The notes beneath the pieces are model-generated. The model saw only the letters and a list, made by a program, of their open reading frames with translations, ran no database searches and had not been told where the DNA came from. Positions 1-10,284 of a stretch of 64,000 nucleotides of DNA are shown piece after piece. A program made the position numbers and the translations under genes. Each line of letters begins with the position of its first letter. The stretch's first letter is position 1. Source of the DNA: Candidatus Bathyarchaeota archaeon (GTDB lineage Archaea; Thermoproteota; Bathyarchaeia; 40CM-2-53-6); contig CAVTBR010000001.1 in the NCBI GenBank assembly GCA_963733055.1, positions 1,312,001 through 1,376,000 on the forward strand, given 5' to 3'.

Positions 1-416
1 GTGTTGCTTCGGTCGACAAACGGCATGCTGAGGAGACTCTTAGTGAACTTGCTCAATTCCTCGCGACTCCGGAATTTTGCGAGGACAACGGCGTCAGTTA
101 AACCAGTTACGTCGTACACGGCGCAAGTGTTCGGTAGTTTTCCGATCGCTTCCTCCATTTCGAGCAACTTACCTTTAGAAACCGTGATCTCTGCTAGAAC
201 AGTCAATTGGTAACCAAGCTTATCGTGATCGAGAACAGCCGAGTAACCTTTGATTACGCCCGACTTCTCGAGCCTACGAATTCGCGTTAAGACGGTTCCT
301 ACCGAAACCCCTGATCTGCGTGCTATGGATCGGTAAGATCGCCTGCAGTCACGAAGAAGTTCATTCAGTATCTTCCTGTCAACCTCATCTATGTCCAAAC
401 GTCCAATTGCTGGCAA
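1..416 (-). CDS. Lrp/AsnC family transcriptional regulator (3' end outside window; absent from ORF track)
   Basis: Manual translation: LDIDEVDRKILNELLRDCRRSYRSIARRSGVSVGTVLTRIRRLEKSGVIKGYSAVLDHDKLGY...; GGAGG before TTG at 416 (alternative TTG at 398); divergent from the glutamate synthase cluster. Confidence 0.9.
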   Translation of the reverse strand, partial: MPAIGRLDIDEVDRKILNELLRDCRRSYRSIARRSGVSVGTVLTRIRRLEKSGVIKGYSAVLDHDKLGYQLTVLAEITVSKGKLLEMEEAIGKLPNTCAVYDVTGLTDAVVLAKFRSREELSKFTKSLLSMPFVDRSN

Positions 417-515
417 GATTGAGCCTCCTTTCTGAACATTCATCCACAAATATAAGGTTAGAAGATACGAACGTCTAGTAAATTCCACAGAATAGTTATA
501 TTCGTTCAGGCGCGT

Positions 516-2048
516 TTGTGCGGTTTCGTTACAGATGGCGGGGATGGAGCGCTCAGTTTGTTAGATGACCCCGAAACAACCCGCCAAAATAGTACCATTG
601 ACCCGGCCCGTAGCACCGCCTATCAACGGTACAAGATCGTCACCAAACCTACTCCGCCCCGAAAAAAACTGCCCCCACCATTCGATCCACGAGTAAACAA
701 GATAGGGCTTGCGAGAATCATCTTGAAGGAAGCATTCACGTATGGATTGAAGCTGCGTGAGAAAGAGTACAGGCAGGCTCTTGTGAGTAGGCCATGCATT
801 TACGGAACATTCAGCGGCCCGCTCGGCGGATTCCATCCCATTAAGGAAAAATGTACTGGGTGCATGCGATGCGTACAAGAGTATCCCAGCGTTTGCACGG
901 TCGGCCGTAACCCCGAATTCTACCGGTTCGCTGACTCTTACTGGGCTTCGGAGGGCGCTGCAACAACCAGCGGTTCACCAGTCGCCACGGTTCTGTATGA
1001 GGCCGAGACTGGGAAGATACCGATCAAGGGGATGGGATACAAGGGGCCATTCTCCGGTCCAGGTTGGGATTCGATCTGGACTGATATGTCTGAAATTGTC
1101 AGGCCAACTAGGGATGGGGTCTATGGTCGAGAATTCATCTCAACACTAGTAGATGTCGGCAGCAAGAGGAAGTCCATCCAATTCAACAATAAAGATAACC
1201 CCTTTTCCAAAACCATTGAAGTATCTTTACCGATAATTTTCGACTATCTACCCCCCAACCTCAACAGTCAGACAATACTGGAATCAATCGCAGGCGCGTC
1301 CGTTCGAACCGGCACGATCTACATAGCAACACCGGCTCAGGCAAACCAACTCCGCGCAACCGATAGCGACCAATTGGCCCCACTAATTTCCTGTGATGAG
1401 GTGGCCGATTCACCGGTGCTCCGTGATGCGCGCCTGATTGAACTCGCAAGTTACGACGTCTCAATCGTTGAGAAGGTTCGGAGCTTTAATCCCAACGCCC
1501 CAATCTCAGTTCGCTTGCCACTAACTGTTAACTCTGCCAAAACGGCAGCCGATCTGGTTCGAAATGGGATCGATATCATACATCTCGTAGCCAACTACCA
1601 CGGACAATCATGGGACAAAGTTGAACCGTCGCATGTTAAGGACATGATTCGGAAAATCCATACCACACTCGTAACTGAATCACTCAGAGACGATGTCACG
1701 CTTATCGCGAGTGGGGGAATCACTAGAGCTGAGCATGTGCCGAAAGCAATAATCTGCGGGGCCGACCTTGTTGCCATCGATACAACAGTTCTCGTAGCGT
1801 TGCAGTCAACATTTCTAGGCGAATGCGTCTCGGCTGAATCAGGGCGCATCTCTCCGGAGAAGTTTGATTTGAAGTGGGGTGAGCAGCGGCTCGTCAACTT
1901 GCTTTCTTCGTGGCACGATCAACTCATCGAAATACTCAGCGCTATGGGAATACGTGATGTGAGAAGGCTCCGTGGGGACGTCGGTAGGGCCATGTTCAAC
2001 GAGGAACTTGAGAAGGAGGCGTTCGGAGATATCACTCGCAGAAACTGA
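516..2048 (+). CDS. Glutamate synthase-related FMN-binding subunit with N-terminal 4Fe-4S ferredoxin-like segment (start uncertain)
   Basis: CTGCMRCVQEYP Fe-S segment; WTDMSEIVRPTRDG; LIASGGITRAEHVPKAIICGADLV FMN-barrel motif; C-terminal LSAMGIRDVRRLRGDVGR. Confidence 0.85.
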   Translation: MCGFVTDGGDGALSLLDDPETTRQNSTIDPARSTAYQRYKIVTKPTPPRKKLPPPFDPRVNKIGLARIILKEAFTYGLKLREKEYRQALVSRPCIYGTFSGPLGGFHPIKEKCTGCMRCVQEYPSVCTVGRNPEFYRFADSYWASEGAATTSGSPVATVLYEAETGKIPIKGMGYKGPFSGPGWDSIWTDMSEIVRPTRDGVYGREFISTLVDVGSKRKSIQFNNKDNPFSKTIEVSLPIIFDYLPPNLNSQTILESIAGASVRTGTIYIATPAQANQLRATDSDQLAPLISCDEVADSPVLRDARLIELASYDVSIVEKVRSFNPNAPISVRLPLTVNSAKTAADLVRNGIDIIHLVANYHGQSWDKVEPSHVKDMIRKIHTTLVTESLRDDVTLIASGGITRAEHVPKAIICGADLVAIDTTVLVALQSTFLGECVSAESGRISPEKFDLKWGEQRLVNLLSSWHDQLIEILSAMGIRDVRRLRGDVGRAMFNEELEKEAFGDITRRN

Positions 2049-3309
2049 ATCCATCGAGAAACACAGGAAACTAATCCACCAAGGCCTGCAACTTCTACCC
2101 ACCCTCAAATATGGCATGCCTGGAGGCTTCGGTAACAAACGTTGGACACCTGAACTACTCTTCGCAACTTACGAACAGGCCACAACGGGGAAACCGCCGC
2201 AATCCATTGAGTATAAAGTAGGGGACTCGGGAGGCGGGTTCGACCGGCTCGACTTCAAGAACATTCATCCCAACACCCGCCTCCCTGATGAGGAAGTCGA
2301 TCTCTCGATTGACTTGAACCGCCGAAGTCACGGCCCAAAGATTTCCATCCCTATCCCGATCTACGGGGCTGGGATGTCTTTCGGTTCCATCAGCCTCAGC
2401 TTCATGCTCTCTCGAGCCCTGGCAGCGAAACGACTTGGAACCTTCACCTCAACCGGTGAGGGGGGCTATCCTCCTCCACTCTTGGAGTACAAAGATAACG
2501 TGATCACGCAGGTCGCGACCGGGATGTTCGGTGTACGTGAGGATACGATTCAGGCCGCGAGGATTGTTGAGTTCAAGTATGCTCAGGGGGCGAAACCTGG
2601 GCTGGGCGGGCACCTGCTCGCTGACAAAGTGACCTCCGAAGTGGCGAATATGAGGGAATCCTTGCCCTTCACCTCACTCTACTCCCCGTTCCCCTTCCAC
2701 AGCGTCTACTCTGTTGAGGACCATAGGAAGCACGTGGATTGGATACGCGCCGTAAACCCAGGCTGCTTAGTCTCAGTCAAAGTCTCGACCCCGGTCGACG
2801 TCGACATGGTTGCAATCGGGAGTTACTACGCAGACGCGAACATTCTACACGTAGACGGTGGATATGGGGGCACCGGGGCGGCGCCCGAGATCGCTAAGAA
2901 GAACATTGCGATGCCAATCGAATATGCAATCCCGAAAGTTCACCGCTACCTGGTCGGCGAAGGGGTTAGGGATGAAATTGTGGTGATGGCGAGCGGAGGA
3001 ATACGAACCGCCTACGATGTTGCAAAGGCCATCGCACTTGGGGCCGATGGCTGCGTCATCGGATCTGCTGAGGCGGTAGCTGTGGGTTGTACTCAATGCG
3101 GAAACTGCGAACACGGCAGAGGTTGCCAAGTTGGAATCACTACCACCGACCCTGAACTCAGCCAACTCATAACCGTCGAATGGGGCGCACAAAGAATCAT
3201 CAACATGTACTCCTCCTGGGCTAAGCAATGGCGGACGATTCTCGCAAACCTCGGACTGCGTTCAATCAAAGAGCTCAGGGGACGAACAGACCTCCTGGTC
3301 TACGGGTGA
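1972..3309 (+). CDS. Glutamate synthase FMN-binding subunit (GltB2-like); start uncertain
   Basis: GMSFGSIS, TGEGG, EFKYAQGAKPGLGGHL, DGGYGGTGAAP, ASGGIRTAYDVAKAIALGAD, CTQCGNCEHGRGC Fe-S motif. Confidence 0.9.
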   Translation: MGTSVGPCSTRNLRRRRSEISLAETESIEKHRKLIHQGLQLLPTLKYGMPGGFGNKRWTPELLFATYEQATTGKPPQSIEYKVGDSGGGFDRLDFKNIHPNTRLPDEEVDLSIDLNRRSHGPKISIPIPIYGAGMSFGSISLSFMLSRALAAKRLGTFTSTGEGGYPPPLLEYKDNVITQVATGMFGVREDTIQAARIVEFKYAQGAKPGLGGHLLADKVTSEVANMRESLPFTSLYSPFPFHSVYSVEDHRKHVDWIRAVNPGCLVSVKVSTPVDVDMVAIGSYYADANILHVDGGYGGTGAAPEIAKKNIAMPIEYAIPKVHRYLVGEGVRDEIVVMASGGIRTAYDVAKAIALGADGCVIGSAEAVAVGCTQCGNCEHGRGCQVGITTTDPELSQLITVEWGAQRIINMYSSWAKQWRTILANLGLRSIKELRGRTDLLVYG

Positions 3310-3314
3310 CACGT

Positions 3315-5840
3315 ATGGACATGGCATCAAGAATCGTAGCTTCCAGAAAACACATGGTAGAAGGCCTAACCCTTGCCCGCAAGTTGGAGGCGGAGGGAGG
3401 TTGCGGCGTCGTCGGCGCTGCCTGCTCCGTTCCAATCGCTGGAAAACATTTCCTCACTTCGCTTCTACAAATGAAGAATCGTGGTAACGGTAAGGGTGGA
3501 GGAATAGCGGTACTCGGGCTTTCCCCCGAACGACTCGGAGTCTCCAAGGAAATTCTGCAACAAGATTACCTAATCCAGATTGCTTACCTAGACGAGTCAG
3601 CGAGCAAAGCAGTAGAAGAGGATTTCATCTACCCGAACCTGAATGTGGACTCAGCCGAGTGGGTTGAAACGGTTGAGGATTATAGGACGATTCCGCGGTT
3701 AGAGGTCAAGCCACCGGAAGTGCGCCGATATTTCTGCAGAGTTAAGGAAGATGTTCTTGGGCGCTTCATGCAGAGTTCCGGAATAACCAACCGAACCGTG
3801 GCCGAAGATGAGTTCATCTATCAAAACAGTTACGCTCTAAACAAAAAGTACTACGCTTCCCTTGGCGAAAAGAAGGCGTTCGTTCTTTCACATGGAAAGG
3901 ACATGATGGTGCTGAAGATCGTCGGTTGGGGGGACCAAGTCATACGCTACTATAAGTTGGAAGATTTCGAAGCCCTCGTCTGGATAGGGCATCACCGTTA
4001 CCCCACGAAGGGAAAGGTGTGGCATCCGGGGGGCGCACACCCATTCGTTGGGTTGCACGAGGCGTTGGTTCACAACGGAGATTTCTCAAACTATCACTCA
4101 ATCACCGAATACCTAGCACAACGAAACATCTACCCCCTCTTCCTAACCGACACGGAAGTAGCCGTCTACCTGTTCGACCTCTGGAGCCGAGTCTACGGGT
4201 ACCCGATGGAATATTTGATCGAGGCTATGGCGCCAACGACCGAGCGAGACTTCTACATGCTGCCCGAAGAGAAGAGGCGAATTTATCGTGAAATACAAAC
4301 AACCCACATTCACGGATCCCCTGACGGGCCGTGGTTTTTCATCGTCGGCAGAAGCGAAAACGGAGGTGAACAGCTTCACCTACTGGGCATAACTGACACG
4401 TCAATGTTGCGGCCTCAAGTATTTGCTCTCCAAGACGGTGAGGTGAAGGTTGGGTTGATAGCTTCTGAGCGTCAAGCAATCGACGCTTGCCTAGGGAGCT
4501 TGGCCGCAGAAGATTCTAGGTTCGCGGGTAAGGCGGATCTCTACTGGAACGCGCGCGGCGGCAGCTACACTGACGGTGGCGCTTTTCGTTTTACCGTAGA
4601 CCGTACTTCGGGGAGCCCGCAGGTCAAGTGTCTCGACAAGTTTGGCCGAGAAGTGTCGATTACAAGAGATTCCGATGGCAACTTTCTGGATCGCGTCAAA
4701 GCGTTGACGCCGCAGATTCTCTCAGAAAAATTCAGTTCAGATGAACTGACCACGGGTTCACTGGAGAGTTTGCTAGAGAACTTGGAAGAGAAGGCGAGCA
4801 GGAGCGATGTTGACAGAGTTCATTCATTTCAGTATTTGACTTGGTTGCTCGACAACTTGCACCGGATTCCAGATGGCCAGCAGGGATGGATCAAGGCGAA
4901 GATTGAGTCGAGTTTGTTTTCCGTTCTTCGCGGCTTCCATCCGCTTTCGGCCGCGAATCGTTCAGGCTGGGTATTAACAGATTACGCGACGAAAGCTGAA
5001 CTTAGAGCGCCCAAGTCTGGAGAGGAGGTTTTGGCGTTGGATGTTTCGGGTTTCGCAGCAGAAGGCGATGACTCGGCGTCCTCCGCTGTTGTTGCGTCCT
5101 ACAAGTTGGGTTGGAAACACGTCGTTTCCTTCGATTGGCGTGGGCAACGGTTTTGCGGAGCGGGGTTGGGTGCGCAGAGCGAAGGTTTCAGATTGGACGT
5201 GCTCGGAAACCCCGGCGACTACTTGGGATCGGGGCTGGATGGAGCGGAAATCTACGTTCACTCAGCCGCCCAGGACCAAGTCGCGCAGATAATGAAGAGC
5301 GGAAAGCTTGTGATATACGGAGACGTGGGACAGACGTTCATGTACGCGGCGAAAGGCGGCGAGGTTTATGTGCTTGGGAATGCCGCGGGTCGGCCGCTCA
5401 TCAACGCCGTAGGTCGACCACGAGTCGTTATCAACGGTACCTGCCTAGACTACCTAGCCGAATCCTTCATGGCTGGTGATCCCTTGAATGGGGGAGGATT
5501 CGTTGTAGTCAACGGAATAGGGTTTGATGGTGGTCGGATCCGCCCTCTTGAGGCGCCATATCCAGGGGGGAACCTCTTCTCCCTAGCATCTGGAGGCGCG
5601 GTCTACATTCGCGATCCAGCGGCTAAGGTGGGGGTTGATCAACTCAACGGAGGGCAGCTGGGGAGATTGAACCAAGAGGATTGGCAACTAATCCTCCCCT
5701 ACCTTCTCGACAATCAAGAACTGTTCGGAGTTAACGTCGACGACCTGCTAAGCATTGATTCAGAGCCTAACGCTCCCGAGCGGGTGTACCGAAAAATCGA
5801 AGCTATTCCCCTGAAAACTCTCTCAACCGCGCATGGCTGA
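3315..5840 (+). CDS. Glutamate synthase class II glutamine amidotransferase domain fused to C-terminal GXGXG domain (GltB1+GltB3-like)
   Basis: EGGCGVVG Ntn cysteine, HHRYPT, AHPF, VHNGDF, TDTE, DGPW; C-terminal GNPGDYLGSGLDG and GNAAGRP beta-helix repeats. Confidence 0.9.
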   Translation: MDMASRIVASRKHMVEGLTLARKLEAEGGCGVVGAACSVPIAGKHFLTSLLQMKNRGNGKGGGIAVLGLSPERLGVSKEILQQDYLIQIAYLDESASKAVEEDFIYPNLNVDSAEWVETVEDYRTIPRLEVKPPEVRRYFCRVKEDVLGRFMQSSGITNRTVAEDEFIYQNSYALNKKYYASLGEKKAFVLSHGKDMMVLKIVGWGDQVIRYYKLEDFEALVWIGHHRYPTKGKVWHPGGAHPFVGLHEALVHNGDFSNYHSITEYLAQRNIYPLFLTDTEVAVYLFDLWSRVYGYPMEYLIEAMAPTTERDFYMLPEEKRRIYREIQTTHIHGSPDGPWFFIVGRSENGGEQLHLLGITDTSMLRPQVFALQDGEVKVGLIASERQAIDACLGSLAAEDSRFAGKADLYWNARGGSYTDGGAFRFTVDRTSGSPQVKCLDKFGREVSITRDSDGNFLDRVKALTPQILSEKFSSDELTTGSLESLLENLEEKASRSDVDRVHSFQYLTWLLDNLHRIPDGQQGWIKAKIESSLFSVLRGFHPLSAANRSGWVLTDYATKAELRAPKSGEEVLALDVSGFAAEGDDSASSAVVASYKLGWKHVVSFDWRGQRFCGAGLGAQSEGFRLDVLGNPGDYLGSGLDGAEIYVHSAAQDQVAQIMKSGKLVIYGDVGQTFMYAAKGGEVYVLGNAAGRPLINAVGRPRVVINGTCLDYLAESFMAGDPLNGGGFVVVNGIGFDGGRIRPLEAPYPGGNLFSLASGGAVYIRDPAAKVGVDQLNGGQLGRLNQEDWQLILPYLLDNQELFGVNVDDLLSIDSEPNAPERVYRKIEAIPLKTLSTAHG

Positions 5841-5934
5841 AGGATCTGCTCCGATGGAGCGGTGATAACGTTGCGAAGAAAGGTTCGGTAAATAGAAGAA
5901 AAAAGGATGATGTGGCGGTGTATTGGTACTTTGG

Positions 5935-6192
5935 TTACTTTGCTACTGCGGGTACTGCGGGTACGGGTGCTATGTCTTTGCCACATTTATCACAGAAGGT
6001 CGCGTAGCCTGGGACTTGTGTCTTGCAGTTTGGACATGCCTTTAGTCGGAGCTGTTTGGATCGGATATACTGGTGCATACTCTTAGTGAGTTCGGTGTAG
6101 CTCAGTAGAGCTCCTTTTGGTTGACCGGTGAGCAACGAGAGCGTGTCGTCTGCCATAATCGACTTCTGTGTAAGCATACTCTCTCTAGCCAT
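5935..6192 (-). CDS. Small SWIB/MDM2-like domain plus zinc-ribbon protein
   Basis: DDTLSLLTG...SYTELTKSMHQYIRSKQL resembles the SWIB pattern; CPNC...FCDKCG ribbon; GGAGGTGA RBS before ATG 6192. Confidence 0.7.
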   Translation of the reverse strand: MARESMLTQKSIMADDTLSLLTGQPKGALLSYTELTKSMHQYIRSKQLRLKACPNCKTQVPGYATFCDKCGKDIAPVPAVPAVAK

Positions 6193-6618
6193 CAAATCAC
6201 CTCCACGCAATCAAGCGACCTTTAATGCGGAGCCAACACGGTCTTCGTGTAACGGCTTCGTTACCCTCACCCGCTCTGGAGCCAATTTTTCGATTGGACA
6301 CTAGCACATGCCCAGCTTGCGGGCAGAGTAACCCTGAATTTCACATGTTTGAGAGCTCATTAGCGGCTTAGAGAAGCGTATTTCGGCTTAAATCGAGCCG
6401 GATACGGGGCGAAACCCTCGGACCATATAAGACGGGGAACGCCTGAGAGAGGGTTTCAACCCTAGTTTTCAGATAGGGCGGCTTATACTTGAGAAGCCTC
6501 AAAATGAGGCGATACGGCTAACGGATCGGTCCTCAAGATTCCAGTCTCATGGAAAGCAGACGATGAGCCCAGAGCATTGCTCAGGCTCTTGATGTTAGCG
6601 TTCAGTCGAATGTTATCG

Positions 6619-7632
6619 TTAGGCTTCGTGTTCTCGTCTGCGTCTGATTACCCCGTACCCGATGAGCATCAGGATTGCGAGTATTGGTAATCCAAGCGGA
6701 TACTCAGGGATTGGAGGAGGAGTTGCGACTGGTATGAGTGGTACAGCAACCAACGACCACGAGCTGGACGAAGGCTCCTGTGTTACGAGGGACCAAGACA
6801 TGGTTACCGATGAGCCGGAAGCGGGCTGGTCGCTACCACCACCTGCAAAGGTCTCGCCGGAGGCGTCATTCAGCGAACCTGCGTTCCAGTGCTGCGTTTG
6901 CCCTGATCCGCTCGCCGTAACCGTAGTAGGTGGTGAAGCGGAACCCGTACAATCACAAAAAGCGACTGTATCCACAACGACATCATTCGGACTAGTGGCC
7001 ACAGATTCCGAGGCCGATAGTCCCGTGAAGAAGGTTTGACCATCGCTGCCGACCGGTGTTCCCGTGCTAGCCACGTTAGAGTAAGATACAGAGCCGGCAA
7101 CGGCAAACAGAAGTACATTTGGATAGGTACCGCCACCGAACGTTACCGTGATCGTCGCAGTTCCGGTTGGAGGGTTTTGAAGCGCCCACAACTCCGCGTG
7201 GACGTCGTTGGTGGGCTGTACATGCGTTGCCCCCGGGATAAGGGTCAATGAAAGACATGACGGGCCGGGACAAGGGGTGCCATATGTGACGCTGGCCACG
7301 CTCGCGGGTCCAACGTAGAAAACGTACGAGATGCCGACGAGGAGAATCCTATTACTCCCGGGCCCAACCGTGTGAAACCATGTAAGCTTCGTGGGAGAAG
7401 ATAGCTCACATGAAGGGTAAGCGCAGCTTGTGCTGGCTGAATGATCAAAGATGATTGGCGAAGTCGCCCTGACGGGTGCGGGCGGAAGCAGATAGAGTAA
7501 AGCTATGCTCATGATGAGTAGAGCGAGAACAACGCCTCGGCGACCCGCAGTTCGCAAAACACCATCAACCAAATTACACCGGTGCCCATCTCTATATAAA
7601 ACAGCAGCTAAACAGCGCATAATGAACGGCAA
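6619..7632 (-). CDS. Secreted Ser/Thr-rich surface protein with PEF-CTERM-like (PEY) sorting tail
   Basis: Signal peptide ending PVRA; C-terminus PIPEYPLGLPILAILMLIGYGVIRRRR (motif, TM helix, basic tail); true start probably downstream of 7632. Confidence 0.8.
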   Translation of the reverse strand: MPFIMRCLAAVLYRDGHRCNLVDGVLRTAGRRGVVLALLIMSIALLYLLPPAPVRATSPIIFDHSASTSCAYPSCELSSPTKLTWFHTVGPGSNRILLVGISYVFYVGPASVASVTYGTPCPGPSCLSLTLIPGATHVQPTNDVHAELWALQNPPTGTATITVTFGGGTYPNVLLFAVAGSVSYSNVASTGTPVGSDGQTFFTGLSASESVATSPNDVVVDTVAFCDCTGSASPPTTVTASGSGQTQHWNAGSLNDASGETFAGGGSDQPASGSSVTMSWSLVTQEPSSSSWSLVAVPLIPVATPPPIPEYPLGLPILAILMLIGYGVIRRRREHEA

Positions 7633-7874
7633 CCATTCCTACAACTAACCTAACCCACTCGCGTCCTCGCAAATCGAACATCGTCCCGTCGCATTGTGCC
7701 ATCCCAGAGTGAACTAATGAGTTCGACCGTTATTGTGCGGGTATCTCTTGGTTCGACCATTTTAGTTCGCGCACAGACACATGAAATGACGAAGCGGAGA
7801 GAAAGCAACACTATCTCAAAAGTACCTTCATGAACTTGAGGATTGTTGAACGAGTCTGGCGCTACCATCTTCAG

Positions 7875-8030
7875 TTAGGCTGTTTGTTGTCCGAGTTGTG
7901 TTGCGAAGTAGGCGATGAGGCATAGGTAGAGGGCGAGTTCGAGGGAGTCGGGGAGTAAGTAACTGAACGGTCTAACGTTCTCAATTAGCCAATCAAATGC
8001 CGCACGGAGAATGTGCTGGAGATTTGGCAT
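7875..8030 (-). CDS. Small hypothetical membrane protein, 51 aa (not in ORF track)
   Basis: Manual translation MPNLQHILRAAFDWLIENVRPFSYLLPDSLELALYLCLIAYFATQLGQQTA; purine-rich GGGAAGGATGG upstream. Confidence 0.4.
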   Translation of the reverse strand: MPNLQHILRAAFDWLIENVRPFSYLLPDSLELALYLCLIAYFATQLGQQTA

Positions 8031-8234
8031 TCAGCTTCGACCATCCTTCCCGTTTCGTATTGTGGAAATAATGGTTTGAGGATGATTCATCCACTTCCAC
8101 CTTTACCACCTCTCTTATCCTTCTATCCATCAAGCCGTCCATGGCGACCGCGTCCGGCAGCTTGCCACTGTAGATTTTGATCCACTCAACTGAAATGATT
8201 CAGTCTCCGAAACTGCTAAAGGGTATATGTTCAA

Positions 8235-10229
8235 GTGGGCGGGTACGTGCAGGTTTGGAAAATGCGACTCACCACCCCCGCATTCATGGTGCTCAGTCTT
8301 CTCCTCGCCATGCTCCTCTTCAGCTCCGCTCATGCGGTTGCTCCGTTTGCGTCGACGACGGATAATCTGAATGGGGTTGCGTTGGTGAGTGGGAGTGAAG
8401 GTTGGGCGGTTGGTGCGGCGGGCACGATTCAACATTTCGACGGTTCCTCCTGGACTTTAATCGCGTCGGGTACAACCTCCGATCTGTTCTCAGTGTCCTT
8501 CGGTCCACCAACAAATCCTAACTCGGCTGCGGGGTTTGCGGTTGGCGGAAGCGGCGGGACCGCGGTGGCACTCTACTGGGGCGGCGTGTCATGGTTTCAA
8601 ATTACTAGCGGCCTTTCCGGGGCTCAGAGACTTTCGTCGGTTTCAGCTACGAGTTCCACGGATGCATGGGCTGTTGATGGTGTTACTGGTGGGTTCTGGC
8701 ATTGGTCGGGTCAGGCGGGGTTGGGCGGGGGTTGGAATATGGTGGGGTCCGCGGCTGCGGGGCTGAACTCTCTCTTCATGACGGGGCCGACGGATGGTTG
8801 GGCGGTCGGTTCGGGTGGCGTAATCTACCATTACACTGGCGGCGCTTGGAGCCTGTATACTAGTGTCGGTCAGACTCTCAACTCCGTCTTCTTCGTTAAC
8901 CAAAATGAGGGATGGGCTGTGGGAACGGGTGGAGTTCTCTACCACTACCTGTCAGGTACGTGGACGGGACCGATAGCACCAGCCCCAACTAACCAGAACC
9001 TAAACTCGGTCTTCATGATCAGCGCCGCGGAAGGGTGGGCGGTTGGCGCCGCTGGCACAATCCTCCACTACTCCGGCGGCGTCTGGACGCTTCTACAAAA
9101 CCTCTCAGGAACAACCCAAGACCTGAATTCCCTCTCCCTCGCCGGATCGAGCGGTTGGGCCGTGGGAAACGCCGGAAACCTAATTTCGTTAACCGGTCAA
9201 ACGCCACAAGGCTTACCGTCCGCAACATTCACGTCAGTATACCTCTCCAGCTCGGGGGATGGTTGGATTGTTGGTTGCTCGTCCGGAGGCTGTGGTTCGG
9301 GGACAGGTGAACCGGTACTCGTTCATTGGAATGGGAATTCGTTCACGTGCGGAACCTCCTCCGCCATAACCTCCGACCTGTTCTCAGTCTACATGCTCAC
9401 CGGGTCCGAGGGTTGGGCTGTGGGCGGAATCGGCACTACACCGGTGATTCTACGCTTCACTGGTGGAAGTTGGGTTCAGGTTCCAGTCCCGTCAATCGGC
9501 GGAGTTCTCAGATCGGTCTTCATGATTGATGCTGGGAACGGTTGGGCGGTGGGAGACCATGGAGCGATCCTTCACTACTCTGGTGGCGGATGGGGCGTGG
9601 TAGCCTCACCGACTATGGACACTCTGCGTAGTATCTTCATGGTTGGGGGTTCGGATGGGTGGGCAGTGGGGGATGCGGGAACGATACTTCGCTATCAGGC
9701 CATTAATGGGCAGTGGATTACTTACCCCAGCCCCACCACCAGCCAACTCAACTCCATCTCCCTCTTCGACACGTCGCATGGTTGGGCGGTTGGTGCGGGT
9801 GGAACGATCCTACATTTCGATGGGTCCATCTGGTTGAGTGTGGCCGACCCGGTGGCATCAAACCTGAACGGGGTCGTTCAGGTTAGCAGCCAGTTGGCTT
9901 GGGCGGTCGGCGACTCCGCCACAATCCTACAATGGACCGGGTTCACCTGGAACCAGTTCACCCCCGCCCCGCCCCTCTCGGGAAACCCGAACCTTAACGC
10001 AATCTACATCACGAACAACGGGTTTGGTTTCGTCGTCGGCGCACCCGCCGCCCCCGGAAGCCAAGGAACAGTTCTCCAGACCCCCAATATGACCCCAATC
10101 CCAGAATTCCCACAAACCCAACTTCTGTTTTGGGTCGGACTCGTCGCCGTCTTTGCATTTGCTACAAGTTTGCGTCGAAAAATTCATTCACCAAAACGAC
10201 CGCACTATTTTCAGACGAATAACGATTAG
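8235..10229 (+). CDS. Secreted beta-propeller repeat protein (YCF48/BNR-like) with PEF-CTERM tail
   Basis: About 13 repeats of LnSV...GWAVG..GTIlH(Y/F)dG..W; signal peptide ending AHA; PIPEFP-TM-RRK tail; likely ATG at 8262. Confidence 0.85.
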   Translation: MGGYVQVWKMRLTTPAFMVLSLLLAMLLFSSAHAVAPFASTTDNLNGVALVSGSEGWAVGAAGTIQHFDGSSWTLIASGTTSDLFSVSFGPPTNPNSAAGFAVGGSGGTAVALYWGGVSWFQITSGLSGAQRLSSVSATSSTDAWAVDGVTGGFWHWSGQAGLGGGWNMVGSAAAGLNSLFMTGPTDGWAVGSGGVIYHYTGGAWSLYTSVGQTLNSVFFVNQNEGWAVGTGGVLYHYLSGTWTGPIAPAPTNQNLNSVFMISAAEGWAVGAAGTILHYSGGVWTLLQNLSGTTQDLNSLSLAGSSGWAVGNAGNLISLTGQTPQGLPSATFTSVYLSSSGDGWIVGCSSGGCGSGTGEPVLVHWNGNSFTCGTSSAITSDLFSVYMLTGSEGWAVGGIGTTPVILRFTGGSWVQVPVPSIGGVLRSVFMIDAGNGWAVGDHGAILHYSGGGWGVVASPTMDTLRSIFMVGGSDGWAVGDAGTILRYQAINGQWITYPSPTTSQLNSISLFDTSHGWAVGAGGTILHFDGSIWLSVADPVASNLNGVVQVSSQLAWAVGDSATILQWTGFTWNQFTPAPPLSGNPNLNAIYITNNGFGFVVGAPAAPGSQGTVLQTPNMTPIPEFPQTQLLFWVGLVAVFAFATSLRRKIHSPKRPHYFQTNND

Positions 10230-10284
10230 CCGCACCCTTTTTCTCGGTCAAAGATTCCATTGCGGTCGCTGCGTGGTTTACTGG

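Noticed and set aside
561-5479. Numerous antisense or alternate-frame ORFs inside long genes (here and throughout the window)
   Set aside because: They overlap well-supported genes and lack recognisable motifs.
6516-6624. attC-like GCCTAAC...GTTAGCC at the stop of the PEY-CTERM gene (similar GCCTAAC at 7874-7880)
   Set aside because: L-box complementarity is poor, the second case is about 230 nt from its partner, and there is no integron integrase or repeated array; probably chance.
8370-10070. Periodic GGTTGGGCGGT repeats
   Set aside because: Coding repeats (GWAVG) of the beta-propeller, not a CRISPR array; no cas genes in the window.
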